Assembly (NCBI GenBank): GCA_025357795.1
Contig: JANYLN010000182.1
Location: forward strand, 1 to 53,515
DNA from: Planctomycetota bacterium
GTDB lineage: Bacteria; Planctomycetota; Phycisphaerae; UBA1845; JANYLN01
Direction of reading: 5' to 3'
Length of the DNA stretch: 53,515 bases
Part shown: piece after piece, positions 38,795 to 48,275 of the stretch
Numbering within the stretch: the first letter of the stretch is position 1
Layout: each line of letters begins with the position of its first letter
Translations under genes and position numbers: made by a program
The notes under the pieces: model-generated
Told to the model about the DNA's origin: nothing
Databases searched by the model: none
What the model saw: the letters and a program-made list of their open reading frames with translations, nothing else

Positions 38795-41233
38795 ATGTCC
38801 ATCCAGAACCGGTCTGCTCTTGTCATCCGTGGCGCGGTTGCCGCGGTCGCTGTCCTTGTTGCCTGGGGCCTGCCCGGCTCGCTCCGTGGGGCGGAAATGG
38901 CAGTGCCTGGGGGCTTTGCGCCTGGCAGGACGGTTGGCCAGACCCGGCACGGCAATGTGTCGGTGGCGCAGCGGGATTCGGTGCTGGATGTGGAGGTTGT
39001 ATTTGCGCCGGAGGATGTGTCGCTGGGGAGCGGGGGCGGGTTCTGGGCGGCCAGCGTGGAGGGGTGTCGAGCGCCGGAGGAGTTGCCTGGGCATCCGTCG
39101 CTGCCGGCGCGATTCATCAACGTGCTGATCCCCAACGGGGGGCGGGTGCAGGGGGTGGAGGCGGATGCGGACGAGGTGTTGCTGGCCCGGGATGTGCTGA
39201 TGTTCCCGGCACAGGTGCCGGTGCCGGTGTCGACGCCGCTGGTGGCGCTGCCCGCTTTCGTGCCGCCTGACGCGGCGGCGTACGCGGTGGCGACGAAGGT
39301 GCCGGCGGCGGTGGCGGAGCTGGCAGGGCAGCACACCATGCGGGGCCATTCGTTTGTTTCGGTGCGTATCAATCCGGTGCGGTACGTGCCGGCGACGCGG
39401 GAGTTGTACCTGGCGACGCGGATCAGGGTGCGGCTGCAGTGTGCGGGGGCGGGGCGTATGTTTGCACCGGGGCGGCGGGGTCGCGAGGCCTTCAGCAGCG
39501 CAGTCCGCCAGATCGTGGTCAACAGCGAGATGGTCAACGAGGAGCCGGTGGCGACGGGTGATGCCGCAGCGGCGGCCAGCGATCCGCAGCCTACGGGGTT
39601 GACGGACTACCTGATCATTACGTCGAACGCCTTGAGCAGCGCGTTCCAGGCCTTGGCGGACCACCGGGCGGCACGGAACGGGTTCAGCACGGCGATCGTG
39701 TCGACAGAGACGATCGCGGGGGCGTACGCGGGCGTGGACATCCAGGCGAAGATCCGCGCGTGCATTATAGAATATGTCCGCACCCGTGGGACGGTTTACG
39801 TGGTGCTGGGGGGCGACGACACGGTTGTGATCGATCGGAACTGCTACGTGGCGGTGGGCTCGACCACGCAAAGCGGCATGCCGACGGACCTGTATTATGC
39901 GGGGCTGGACAGCACGTGGGACGAGGACGGCGACCAGACGTATGGCGAGGCCGGGACGGCTGTCGGCAACGAAGGGGACCTGGCGCCGGACGTGTTTGTC
40001 GGTCGGATCCCGGTGCGGACCGCGTTACAGGCAACGACCTACATCAACAAGGTCATTCAGTTCGAGAACAACCCGATCGCCAGCGACAGGATGATGCTGC
40101 TGGGCACGCACCTGGGGATCAACGCGTCGCCGGCGTACTCGCCGTACAGCGGTACGGATCGACCCACCGACGTCGTGACTGATGGGTACAGCAACTTTGC
40201 TTCGCACTCCCCGATCAGCGATACGGAGATGTGGACGAGGCGCCTGTACCGCGACACGGTGCAGAAGTATTGGCAGCCTACGACGCTGGCGCTGTTCTTT
40301 GACACGCTGACGACGTGGGACATTGGCACGTCGGGCAACTATGGGCTGAACGGCACGAACCTGACCACGCGGCTGAACCAGGGGTGGTACCACGTCTTCA
40401 TGATGACGCACGGGAGCACGGCGTCGTGGGAGCTGGAGGGCTCGTCGTTCAACACGGGCAATGCGACGGCGGTGACCGGGCGGCTGGGCTTCATCTACAC
40501 GGGCTCGTGCCAGACGGGGCGGTTCGATGATGCGACCGATCCGTGCCTGAGCGAGGCATTTCTGCGGGACGCGGAGGGGCCGGTGGCCTACTTCGGGTGT
40601 AGCCGGGAGGGCTGGTACTATCCCAACAACCCGCCGGCGAGCAACTGGACGACGGGCGGAACCTCGCTGGAATACGCCCGTGATTTCTACGACCAGTACT
40701 TCCGGGGGCCTCACACGAGTCTGGCACAGGTCTTCTACGCGCACAAGACGGTGAATGCGGGGTCGTGCGGCTACAACGGGGCTGACCGCTGGATCATGTT
40801 CGGGATGAACTACCAAGGAGACCCGGCGCTGCTGGCGGCGGTGGCGACGCGGGCGCTGACGGTGAGCGTGCAGGGCCAGGGGACGGTGACGTTGAACCCG
40901 CCTGGGGGCACGTACCCCCAGGGCACGAGCGTGCAGATGACGGCCGGATCGGAGGCGCCGTGGCAGTTCGTTCGCTGGGAGGGGGATGTGACAGGCTCGA
41001 CGAACCCGGCGAGCGTCGTGATGAACAGCGCCAAGGGTGTTACGGCTGTCTTTGCGATCCCGGGGGATATCGACGGCGACGGGCACGTGGACATAGTGGA
41101 CCTGCTGAGCCTGGCTGACAGTTGGGACAAGGCCGTGGGGCAGGAGGGGTTCAACCCGGCGTGCGACCTCAATAACGACGGCAGCGTGGATGTGATGGAC
41201 CTGTTGATGCTGGCGGAGAATTGGGGCGTATAG
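38795..41233 (+). CDS. Secreted peptidase family C25 (gingipain-like) protein with an InlB-B-repeat-like domain and a C-terminal dockerin-type module
   Basis: There is a signal peptide. Motifs are DYLIITSNALSSAFQALADHRA, YVVLGGDDTVV, LYYAGLDSTWDEDGDQTYGE, HGSTASW (candidate catalytic His) and YTGSCQTGRF (candidate catalytic Cys). The tail is DIDGDGHVDIVDLL...DLNNDGSVDVMDLLML, two Ca-binding dockerin repeats. Confidence 0.85.
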   Translation: MSIQNRSALVIRGAVAAVAVLVAWGLPGSLRGAEMAVPGGFAPGRTVGQTRHGNVSVAQRDSVLDVEVVFAPEDVSLGSGGGFWAASVEGCRAPEELPGHPSLPARFINVLIPNGGRVQGVEADADEVLLARDVLMFPAQVPVPVSTPLVALPAFVPPDAAAYAVATKVPAAVAELAGQHTMRGHSFVSVRINPVRYVPATRELYLATRIRVRLQCAGAGRMFAPGRRGREAFSSAVRQIVVNSEMVNEEPVATGDAAAAASDPQPTGLTDYLIITSNALSSAFQALADHRAARNGFSTAIVSTETIAGAYAGVDIQAKIRACIIEYVRTRGTVYVVLGGDDTVVIDRNCYVAVGSTTQSGMPTDLYYAGLDSTWDEDGDQTYGEAGTAVGNEGDLAPDVFVGRIPVRTALQATTYINKVIQFENNPIASDRMMLLGTHLGINASPAYSPYSGTDRPTDVVTDGYSNFASHSPISDTEMWTRRLYRDTVQKYWQPTTLALFFDTLTTWDIGTSGNYGLNGTNLTTRLNQGWYHVFMMTHGSTASWELEGSSFNTGNATAVTGRLGFIYTGSCQTGRFDDATDPCLSEAFLRDAEGPVAYFGCSREGWYYPNNPPASNWTTGGTSLEYARDFYDQYFRGPHTSLAQVFYAHKTVNAGSCGYNGADRWIMFGMNYQGDPALLAAVATRALTVSVQGQGTVTLNPPGGTYPQGTSVQMTAGSEAPWQFVRWEGDVTGSTNPASVVMNSAKGVTAVFAIPGDIDGDGHVDIVDLLSLADSWDKAVGQEGFNPACDLNNDGSVDVMDLLMLAENWGV

Positions 41234-41366
41234 GCTCCGGGGTCGGCGGGGCGGTGTACTTAGGCTCTGAGGATGAAGCCGTCTGTCTGTATCGTAGGCT
41301 CGAGCACTATGGGGAGCACCATCAGCGATCTTGTCTGCGTTGTCGTGGCTGTTTCGCTATATACGC

Positions 41367-41407
41367 CAGGCCCGGGATCGTGGGATCCCGGGCCTGTGCT
41401 TTTTTGT
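41367..41407 (+). terminator. Rho-independent terminator downstream of the C25 peptidase gene
   Basis: caggcccgggatc / gatcccgggcctg form a 13-bp perfect stem with a 4-nt loop, followed by tgcttttttgttt. Confidence 0.7.
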
Positions 41408-41433
41408 TTGGCTGCAATGTTGAGCAGGGGCGC

Positions 41434-42822
41434 CTACTTCTTGCCCTTGTACTTGGCATACAGATCCGGCAGCAGAATTTTGGTCTGCTCTTCCAGCTCT
41501 TCTTCGCTGATCGACGTCAGCCGGCCGCCCGCGTTGTACTGCTCCATGACCCACTTCTGGATCTTGAAGACATCCAGCTTGCCCACGGCGTCCTTGCTGC
41601 CTTTGAGGCCCAGGAAATCGTTCACCCAGACCACGATGCCGTCCACGCCAGTCTTATCCGTGATGCTGACCCGCGGCGGGCGGCCCAGCAGGGTTTCGGT
41701 GTCAAAGATGTTGTAAATGCGATCGCCGCGACGCATACCGTCGGCGTGAATACCGGCCTTGGTGGTGAAGGCATCGCGACCGGCCAGCGGGTAGTTGTCG
41801 GCGATCGGGAAGTGGATCGACCGCATGTAATCGGCGATCTCGGTGATCATGCAGAGGTTCATGCCCATCGTGCTGCCTCGCAGGCTGCACAGCTCAATGA
41901 TGGCGCCTTCCAGCGGGGGATTGCCCGTGCGCTCGCCGTATCCGAACAGCGTGCTGTTGGCGGCGTTGCAGCCGTAGAGCCAGCCGGTGCAGGCGTTGAT
42001 GAGAACCTTGTGGAAATCGTTGTGGCCATGCCACTCGAGCCGGTCGGCTGGCACGCCACACTCGTTGTTCATGTACCAGATCAGCTTAGGGACCGACCGT
42101 GGGGCCTTGGCGCCGGGGTAGGTGATGCCGAAGCCCATCGTGTCGCACAGGCGGATCTTGGGCTTGAGGTGGTCGGGGGCCTGCTCGCCGAGCTTCATGA
42201 CCTTCTGGACGAACGGGAAGACGAAGCCGGCCCAGTCGGCGCGGGTGACGTCTTCGAGGTGACAGCGTGGGCGGATGCCGGCTTCCAGAGCGGCCTCGAC
42301 GACCTCGATGTACTGGTCGAAGGCTTCCTGGCGGGTCTGTCGCTGCTTGGTGAAGATATGATAGTCGCTGGCAGAAGTCAGCATGCCGGTCTCTTTCAGG
42401 CCGGCCTCCTTCACCAGGCGGAAGTCACCTTTGTTCGCGCGAATCCAGCCTGTGACCTCGGGGAACTTGTAGCCCAGGTCGCGGCAGGCATCGAGGGCGG
42501 CACGATCGTTCTTGGTGTAGAGGAAGAACTCCGTTTGGCGGATGACGCTGCTGGTGCCGTTGAGCTTGGCGAGCATTTCGTAGAGTTTGGCCTGCTGGGC
42601 GACGGAGTAAGGCGGGCGGGCCTGCTGGCCATCGCGGAAGGTCGTGTCGGTGACGCACAGGTCTCTCTTGAGCGCCTGCTGCGGATCGAACTCGACTCGC
42701 TTGCCGTCGATCTCCTCGACGATCTTGCCATCGAACATGATCCGCGGGGGCAACGTGTGCGGGAACATGTCCTCGATCAGATTGGGGTGGTCGATGTTTT
42801 GCAGCGGATACTCTTTCATCAC
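41434..42822 (-). CDS. HMGL-like (isopropylmalate/homocitrate/citramalate synthase family) enzyme; possible Re-face citrate synthase
   Basis: 462 aa. It has DTTFRDGQQ near the N-terminus and HGHNDFHKVLINACTGWLYGCNAANSTLFGYGERTGN (the metal-binding H.H and GERTGN blocks of DRE-TIM aldolase-type synthases). The specific substrate is inference only. Confidence 0.8.
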   Translation of the reverse strand: MMKEYPLQNIDHPNLIEDMFPHTLPPRIMFDGKIVEEIDGKRVEFDPQQALKRDLCVTDTTFRDGQQARPPYSVAQQAKLYEMLAKLNGTSSVIRQTEFFLYTKNDRAALDACRDLGYKFPEVTGWIRANKGDFRLVKEAGLKETGMLTSASDYHIFTKQRQTRQEAFDQYIEVVEAALEAGIRPRCHLEDVTRADWAGFVFPFVQKVMKLGEQAPDHLKPKIRLCDTMGFGITYPGAKAPRSVPKLIWYMNNECGVPADRLEWHGHNDFHKVLINACTGWLYGCNAANSTLFGYGERTGNPPLEGAIIELCSLRGSTMGMNLCMITEIADYMRSIHFPIADNYPLAGRDAFTTKAGIHADGMRRGDRIYNIFDTETLLGRPPRVSITDKTGVDGIVVWVNDFLGLKGSKDAVGKLDVFKIQKWVMEQYNAGGRLTSISEEELEEQTKILLPDLYAKYKGKK

Positions 42823-43071
42823 TAGACCTCCTGCGGCAGCGTTGGTTAAGCGTCCCGCGCCGCCTTCTTGGAAGATTGGGAACCTTCACGCACAGCGCAT
42901 TGAGAGAGCCTGCCGCACGCAGGGGGCACCTGCAGGCCGCAGGGGAACAGCCGGTACATCCTTTTGATTGCCGTCCGACTGCCGACCCCCAGGTCTTGCC
43001 TGCCTGGGGGTGGCATCCGGAATCTATTGGTGAACAGCCAGTCGCGAGGAGTCGCTGCCTGGCATGCGGTA

Positions 43072-43332
43072 CTACTTGCCTTGCTTAACGCAGGTGTCGT
43101 AGATGAAGTCAATGGCCTTGGCGACGTTGGTGACGGAAAGGGCCTCGTCCTCGTCCATTTCGATCTCGAACTCTTCCTCGAACGAGGCGACCAGTTCGAT
43201 CGACTGGATCGACTCGGCGCCAAGGTCGCCTGAGAAGGTATCCTTCGTCTGGATTTTGGCGGCATCGATGTTCAGAACGCGGGCGGTGACTTCCTTGACT
43301 CTGCGAGCGACATCATCCTTGCTGATAGCCAT
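43072..43332 (-). CDS. Acyl carrier protein (stand-alone)
   Basis: 86 aa. The ATG at 43332 lies 8 nt after aaggaga. FSGDLGAESIQSIELVASFEEEFEIEM has the four-helix ACP pattern with a Ser at the phosphopantetheine position (ESI instead of the usual DSL). Confidence 0.85.
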   Translation of the reverse strand: MAISKDDVARRVKEVTARVLNIDAAKIQTKDTFSGDLGAESIQSIELVASFEEEFEIEMDEDEALSVTNVAKAIDFIYDTCVKQGK

Positions 43333-43448
43333 CTTCAACGTCTCCTTAGCGTTTCACGTTTCTATGTATGAGTGTCAGTGCGTCTTTGCAGCTCTCAAGC
43401 AGTCGTGAGCAAGCGAACCTTGTCGCTGCTGTTAGAACTAACCGTTTC

Positions 43449-44738
43449 CTACTGCTTCCTGACCATCTGCTTGCGGCCCTTGCGGATGGCGGCGTCGCGC
43501 TCCGGAGCGGTGATCTCGTAGATCTTCTCCCAGAGGTCCAGGTCGTCCTGGGTCCATTCGGCCTTGCGCCGGCTGGTGGCAGTCTTGGCTGTCTCGTAGA
43601 GTTTCTTGTGGCCAAAGCCCTTGGTAACCACGCCGCCGATGAACCACGCGAAGGACGGGATCGACTTGGGGAGCGGTTCGCCGGTGGCCATCAGCAGGCC
43701 CATCGCGCCAACGATCGAGCCGGTGTTGAACAGCGTGGCGATCGAGGTCTTGGTGTGGTCGCCGATGATCGAGCCGACCTTAGTCGAGCCGGTGTTGACC
43801 TTCTGGCCGTTCAAGAGGACCTCGACGTCGGTATAGTCGTTCTTGAGGTCACTGTTGGTCGTCAGGGCACCCAGGTTCACGAACTCGCCCACGTACGCAT
43901 GGCCGAGGAAGCCGTCATGGTACTTGTTCGAGTAGGCGTGCATGACGGACTCCTCGACCTCGCCGCCGACGCGGCAGACCGGGCCGATCGAGCAGCCTTC
44001 GCGCAGCTTGGCGCCCAGCAGGAGGCTCTTGCGGCCGACAAAGGCCGGGCCCTCAATGCGGGTGAACGGGTGGACCTCGACGTCCTCGGAGAGGTAGACC
44101 GGACCGTTCGAGGCATCGATCACGACCATCGGGTGGATCTTGGCCCCGGGGGCGACGTAGATGTCGTCCTTGCTGCCGCGGATACCGCTGGGCTGCTCGA
44201 TGGTGCCCTCGATGCCGCGCTTGCCGATGAGCTTGAAGTCGTGGGTGATGTCATGCGGGCTGTCGAGCATGACGTCCCAGCTGTACTGGTAGAACCTGGC
44301 ATCGGCGACCTGCTTGATGGGCAGATTGTGGCCCGCGACGAGCGGGAGGGTCTCGACGCCGATCCTGGCTGCGTCGATCTTGGCGGTATCGCTACCCGAG
44401 AGGCGGCAGTAAACGACCTGGTCGCCGCTCATGCCGATCTCGCTGGGGCCGGCAGCCTGGACGTTCAGGCTGCACGCCTTGACCTGGCCGTTGACCATCA
44501 GGACGGTGTCGTTCTTGACGGCGGCGAGGTCATTGACGGCGACGGTGCCGGCGCGGCGCTTGAAGGTCGTCGTCAGGTAGCTGCGGCAGAGGAACGCCGA
44601 GGGGCTGGCGGCCAGCCGCTTGGAGATCTTCTCCGCGAGGTTGAAGATGCCGCAGCGGAGTTCGAATACCGGGCGTGACAGCGAAATGGGGTAGAAGTTC
44701 GCTGCCTTATTAAGATCTTCGAATATCACCAACTTCAT
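43449..44738 (-). CDS. Putative sugar nucleotidyltransferase with C-terminal left-handed beta-helix (GlmU-like, 'alternative bacterial GlmU' type)
   Basis: It has MKLVIFEDLNKAANFYPISLSRPVFELRCG at the N-terminus and clear hexapeptide repeats (IHPMVVIDASNGPVYLSEDVEVHPFTRIEGPAFVGRKSLLLGAKLREGCSIGPVCRVGGEV...). The family assignment is from memory of the putative sugar nucleotidyl transferase family. Confidence 0.7.
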   Translation of the reverse strand: MKLVIFEDLNKAANFYPISLSRPVFELRCGIFNLAEKISKRLAASPSAFLCRSYLTTTFKRRAGTVAVNDLAAVKNDTVLMVNGQVKACSLNVQAAGPSEIGMSGDQVVYCRLSGSDTAKIDAARIGVETLPLVAGHNLPIKQVADARFYQYSWDVMLDSPHDITHDFKLIGKRGIEGTIEQPSGIRGSKDDIYVAPGAKIHPMVVIDASNGPVYLSEDVEVHPFTRIEGPAFVGRKSLLLGAKLREGCSIGPVCRVGGEVEESVMHAYSNKYHDGFLGHAYVGEFVNLGALTTNSDLKNDYTDVEVLLNGQKVNTGSTKVGSIIGDHTKTSIATLFNTGSIVGAMGLLMATGEPLPKSIPSFAWFIGGVVTKGFGHKKLYETAKTATSRRKAEWTQDDLDLWEKIYEITAPERDAAIRKGRKQMVRKQ

Positions 44739-44977
44739 GGACCAATGCTCCTTGTCGAACAGTCCTGCAATCTTGACCGATTCTACTGCAATGCGTCAGT
44801 CGTACCTGGCGGCACGGCGGACGCCAACTGGTTCGAGTGCACATCCTTATTCGCAGCATTGCATGGCCGCGCCCTCCAGCTATGTTCAGGGTGAGCACGA
44901 TGCGGCCATGGCGCGCGAACGAACCAACGGGCCCGTCTCGGAGGTACCGAGGCGGGTCCGTCAGCGGGAAATCTCGC

Positions 44978-45739
44978 TTAGATCTTTTCGTAGCCTTCGA
45001 GGGTCAGCTTGCTGGCGGCCGCCTCGTCGACGACGTAGGTGGCGTACTGGTGCAGCTGCAGCGCGCTGGCGGGACACTTGCTGCTGACGGCGCCTTCGCA
45101 GGACTCAACGACGGCGTCGGCCTTGCCCTTGCCGCTGGCCAGGAGGACGACCTTTTTGGCCTTCATGACCGTGCCGATGCCCATGGTGATCGAGTACTTG
45201 GGCACCTGGTTGATGTCGTTGTCGAAGAACCGGGCGTTGTCCAGACGGGTCCGCTCGGTGAGGGTCTTGATGCGGGTCATGCTGCCGAGGCTGCTACCCG
45301 GCTCATTGAAGCCGATGTGGCCATTGGTGCCGATGCCGAGCACCTGATAGTCCACGCCGCCGACGTCGGCAATCTGGCCTTCGTACCAGTCGCAGAACTT
45401 CTCGACGTCGCAGAGGTCCTTGATCGTGCCGTCCGGGACGAACGTCAGCTTTTTGTTGATGTTGATGTGGTTGAAGAGGTTCTCGTTCATGAAGCGACGA
45501 TAGCTCTCCGAATGATTGGCCGGCAGGCCGATGTATTCATCGAGGTTGAAGCTGATGACATTGCTGAAGTCCAGCCCTTCCTCGCGATGGCGGCGGATCA
45601 ATTCCTGGTACATCGAAAGCGGCGTGCTGCCGGTCGCAAGACCGAGCACGTAAACCGCCCGCTTCTTCAAATCCTGAACGATCAGGTCCGCCGCGACGCG
45701 CCCCATTTGCTGCGTGTCTTTTACGATGATCACTCTCAT
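44978..45739 (-). CDS. nagB: Glucosamine-6-phosphate deaminase
   Basis: It has LGLATGSTPLSMYQELI, FNLDEYIGL and LGIGTNGHIGFNEPGS, the canonical NagB motifs. The RBS aggagcc is upstream. Confidence 0.9.
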   Translation of the reverse strand: MRVIIVKDTQQMGRVAADLIVQDLKKRAVYVLGLATGSTPLSMYQELIRRHREEGLDFSNVISFNLDEYIGLPANHSESYRRFMNENLFNHININKKLTFVPDGTIKDLCDVEKFCDWYEGQIADVGGVDYQVLGIGTNGHIGFNEPGSSLGSMTRIKTLTERTRLDNARFFDNDINQVPKYSITMGIGTVMKAKKVVLLASGKGKADAVVESCEGAVSSKCPASALQLHQYATYVVDEAAASKLTLEGYEKI

Positions 45740-46146
45740 TGCATCTGGCTCCTGTACAAATGACCTCCCGACAATTGCACGAACGGCTAAGGGTAGTGCA
45801 ACGGGTAAAAGACTGCAAGGTAAACGAGGACGTTCCGCAAGCCTACCCTTATATGGGCGGCAGCATTGTAGCCGATTTAAGTTGCGATGAAAGCGCTACA
45901 CGTGCGAAGTTCGAAGAGAAAGTTCGATTTTGGTGTTCTCAAAAGGGGTGCTTACTGATTCACGCGGCGTCGAATGTCCGACAGAATAAATCGGCATAAG
46001 GGCAACCTTAAGAAGCCTCGCATGGAGAAGTCTGGCGGAATAAGGGGGATCTTCGGGTTGAAGTGCTTACAATTGCGGCCGGTCCCTGTCTGCCAAGGCA
46101 TGTCTTGCCGAAACACGCACGTTTCGGGGCGGCGTGTCGAGAAGGC

Positions 46147-47223
46147 CTATGGCGGGGCCTGGTTGGCGGCGGCTTCGAGGACGGCGTTGCGCTGGACGGC
46201 GAGTTTGCAGGCCAGTTCGACCGCGGAGGTCATGCTGCCGGGGCGGGCGAGGTTGCGGCCTGCGATGTCGAAGGCTGTGCCGTGATCGGGGCTAGTGCGG
46301 ATGGTCGGCAGGCCGAGGGTGACGTTCACGGCGGTGTCGAAGGCGACCAGTTTTACCGGGATGAGACCCTGATCGTGGTACATTGCGATGATGCCGTCGT
46401 AATTGCCGTTCAGGGCCTTCCAGAAGAGCGTATCGGCGGGGAAGGGGCCTTCGACCAAGGTGCCGGCCTCCTGGGCCATGAGGATCGCGGGCTTGATGAT
46501 CCGTTCTTCCTCGTCGCCGAACTGGCCTTCCTCGCCGGCATGGGGGTTGAGGCCGCAGACGGCGATGCGGGGGTTGGCGATGCCCCACCACTCGCGCAGG
46601 GCATGGTCCATCAAGTCGATTGGCTGAAAGACCTTGCCGATGCTGAAACTGTCTCCGATGGCGGCCAGCGGTTCGTGCGTGCTGGCCAGGGCGACCTTGA
46701 AGGGGCCGCCTGCGAACATCATTGTCACGCGACGGGAATTGAAGGCCTTGGCCAGGAATTCCGTGTGGCCCGGGAAGCGGTAGCGTGCGAGGCGCCAGGA
46801 TTGCTTACAGATTGGAGCGGTGACTATCGCGTGTGCGAGCCCGGACTTAACGGCTGCGACGGCTTCTTCGAGAAATCGCATCGAGGCTTCGCCGCCGGCG
46901 GTGGTGGCCCGGTGGATGTGCAGGGGACATTCGAGGTCGTCGAAGTCGGCGACGATGACCCCGCTTTCGATGCGGCGGACGTCGTCGTGGGGTTCTCGCC
47001 ACCAGAAGGGGTTGATCTCAGCGCGGTCGGCGGCGTAGGCGAGCAGTTCCTCGAAGCCGTAGATGATGAAACGGCCGAGATTTCGGATGGCGGGGTCGGC
47101 CAGGGCCTTGACGATGACCTCGGGGCCGACGCCGCCGGGATCACCCATGGTGATTGCGATGATCGGCTTAACGCCTTTTTGTGCGGAGTTCGTGTTGTCG
47201 TTGTTACTGCCTGATCGCCACAT
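46147..47223 (-). CDS. pdxA: 4-hydroxythreonine-4-phosphate dehydrogenase
   Basis: It has IAITMGDPGGVGPEVIVKAL, GHTEFLA, GLNPHAGEEGQFGDEE and RTSPDHGTAFDIAG. The start is 1 nt after the ribE stop. The true start could be a little downstream of the N-terminal Asn-rich leader. Confidence 0.9.
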   Translation of the reverse strand: MWRSGSNNDNTNSAQKGVKPIIAITMGDPGGVGPEVIVKALADPAIRNLGRFIIYGFEELLAYAADRAEINPFWWREPHDDVRRIESGVIVADFDDLECPLHIHRATTAGGEASMRFLEEAVAAVKSGLAHAIVTAPICKQSWRLARYRFPGHTEFLAKAFNSRRVTMMFAGGPFKVALASTHEPLAAIGDSFSIGKVFQPIDLMDHALREWWGIANPRIAVCGLNPHAGEEGQFGDEEERIIKPAILMAQEAGTLVEGPFPADTLFWKALNGNYDGIIAMYHDQGLIPVKLVAFDTAVNVTLGLPTIRTSPDHGTAFDIAGRNLARPGSMTSAVELACKLAVQRNAVLEAAANQAPP

Positions 47224-47224
47224 A

Positions 47225-47893
47225 CTATAACCAACCGGCCTCGCGCAACTGCTCGAACGTCAAACGGTTGCCAGACGGATCCTGCGTCCGGTCCTGGCTC
47301 CTTCGCAGGTAGTTCACCACAATCTTAGCCAGCATATCCGTTTCGATATTCACCTTGTCACCAATATTACGGACGGCCAGGGTGGTTTTCGCAAGTGTTG
47401 TTGGAATCAGGGCGATACTGAAGGTCGGGCCATCGACGTCGACGACGGTGAGAGAGACGCCGCTGATGGCGACGGAGCCTTTGGGGACGATGTAAGCGGC
47501 CTGCTCGGGGGCATCGAGGGTGAAGGAGAGCCTGGCCTCGCTACTCCTTTTGGCCACGTGGGATACGGTGGCCGTGGCATCGATGTGGCCCTGGACGAAG
47601 TGGCCATCGAGGCGGCTGTTGGCAGCGAGAGCCCGTTCGAGGTTGACCGGGTCGTTGGGTCGCAGGCTGCCAAGGGTCGTGCGGGAAAGGGTTTCGGGCA
47701 CGACGTCGAACTCGGCCCAGGTGGCGCCGTCGAAATCGGAGATGGTCAGGCAGACCCCGTCGACGGCAATGCTAGCGCCTTTTCCGGCGCCACTTGACAG
47801 TTGTGGGCCTATATTGAGCCGCAGCCTTCTGCCTGTTGGGCTGGTCCTGACAGACAGGACGGTACCTACATGTTCGACAATTCCGGTGAACAT
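47225..47893 (-). CDS. ribE: Riboflavin synthase (alpha chain)
   Basis: It has MFTGIVEHVGTV and the duplicated lumazine-binding repeats (SIAVDGVCLTI / SVAISGVSLTV), plus VNLE and NIETD. Confidence 0.9.
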   Translation of the reverse strand: MFTGIVEHVGTVLSVRTSPTGRRLRLNIGPQLSSGAGKGASIAVDGVCLTISDFDGATWAEFDVVPETLSRTTLGSLRPNDPVNLERALAANSRLDGHFVQGHIDATATVSHVAKRSSEARLSFTLDAPEQAAYIVPKGSVAISGVSLTVVDVDGPTFSIALIPTTLAKTTLAVRNIGDKVNIETDMLAKIVVNYLRRSQDRTQDPSGNRLTFEQLREAGWL

Positions 47894-48106
47894 ATCTCTG
47901 GTTTATGGTATCCCCGGGCGGTACGGCGAGCAAGCAGCCTGGCAGCGGGGACACACGGTTATACGATACTGGCTGTCACGCGAGGCAGCCTAAGGGGACC
48001 AGCATACAGTCGGATGGGTGGGCGGCAAGGGCATGGGGCGTCGGAGGATTGCCTTGCGCGGGTGCTTGCCGGGTGGGGGAGGTCGGGCTACAATCAGTGC
48101 CGCAAT

Positions 48107-48179
<73 letters not shown>

Positions 48180-48275
48180 TTTTTCTTTGCGCTGATTCCG
48201 CACGACTCCTGCGAACCGATGCCCGCCTTGGACTCCATGCAGCGAACAGAGACAGGCGTTCCCGCTTGTGGTGCG

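Noticed and set aside
47893-48035. FMN (RFN) riboswitch-like blocks next to the riboflavin synthase gene
   Set aside because: The plus strand shows three blocks, in the right order, that are reminiscent of RFN: ccccgggcggta, agcctggcagc and cagcatacagtcggatggg. However, they are on the strand opposite to ribE. The P2 (gggg...gaaattcccc) and P3 hairpins are absent, no P1 closing helix can be drawn, and the only downstream plus-strand gene is a tRNA. I treat it as a chance resemblance. cmsearch with the RFN model would settle it.
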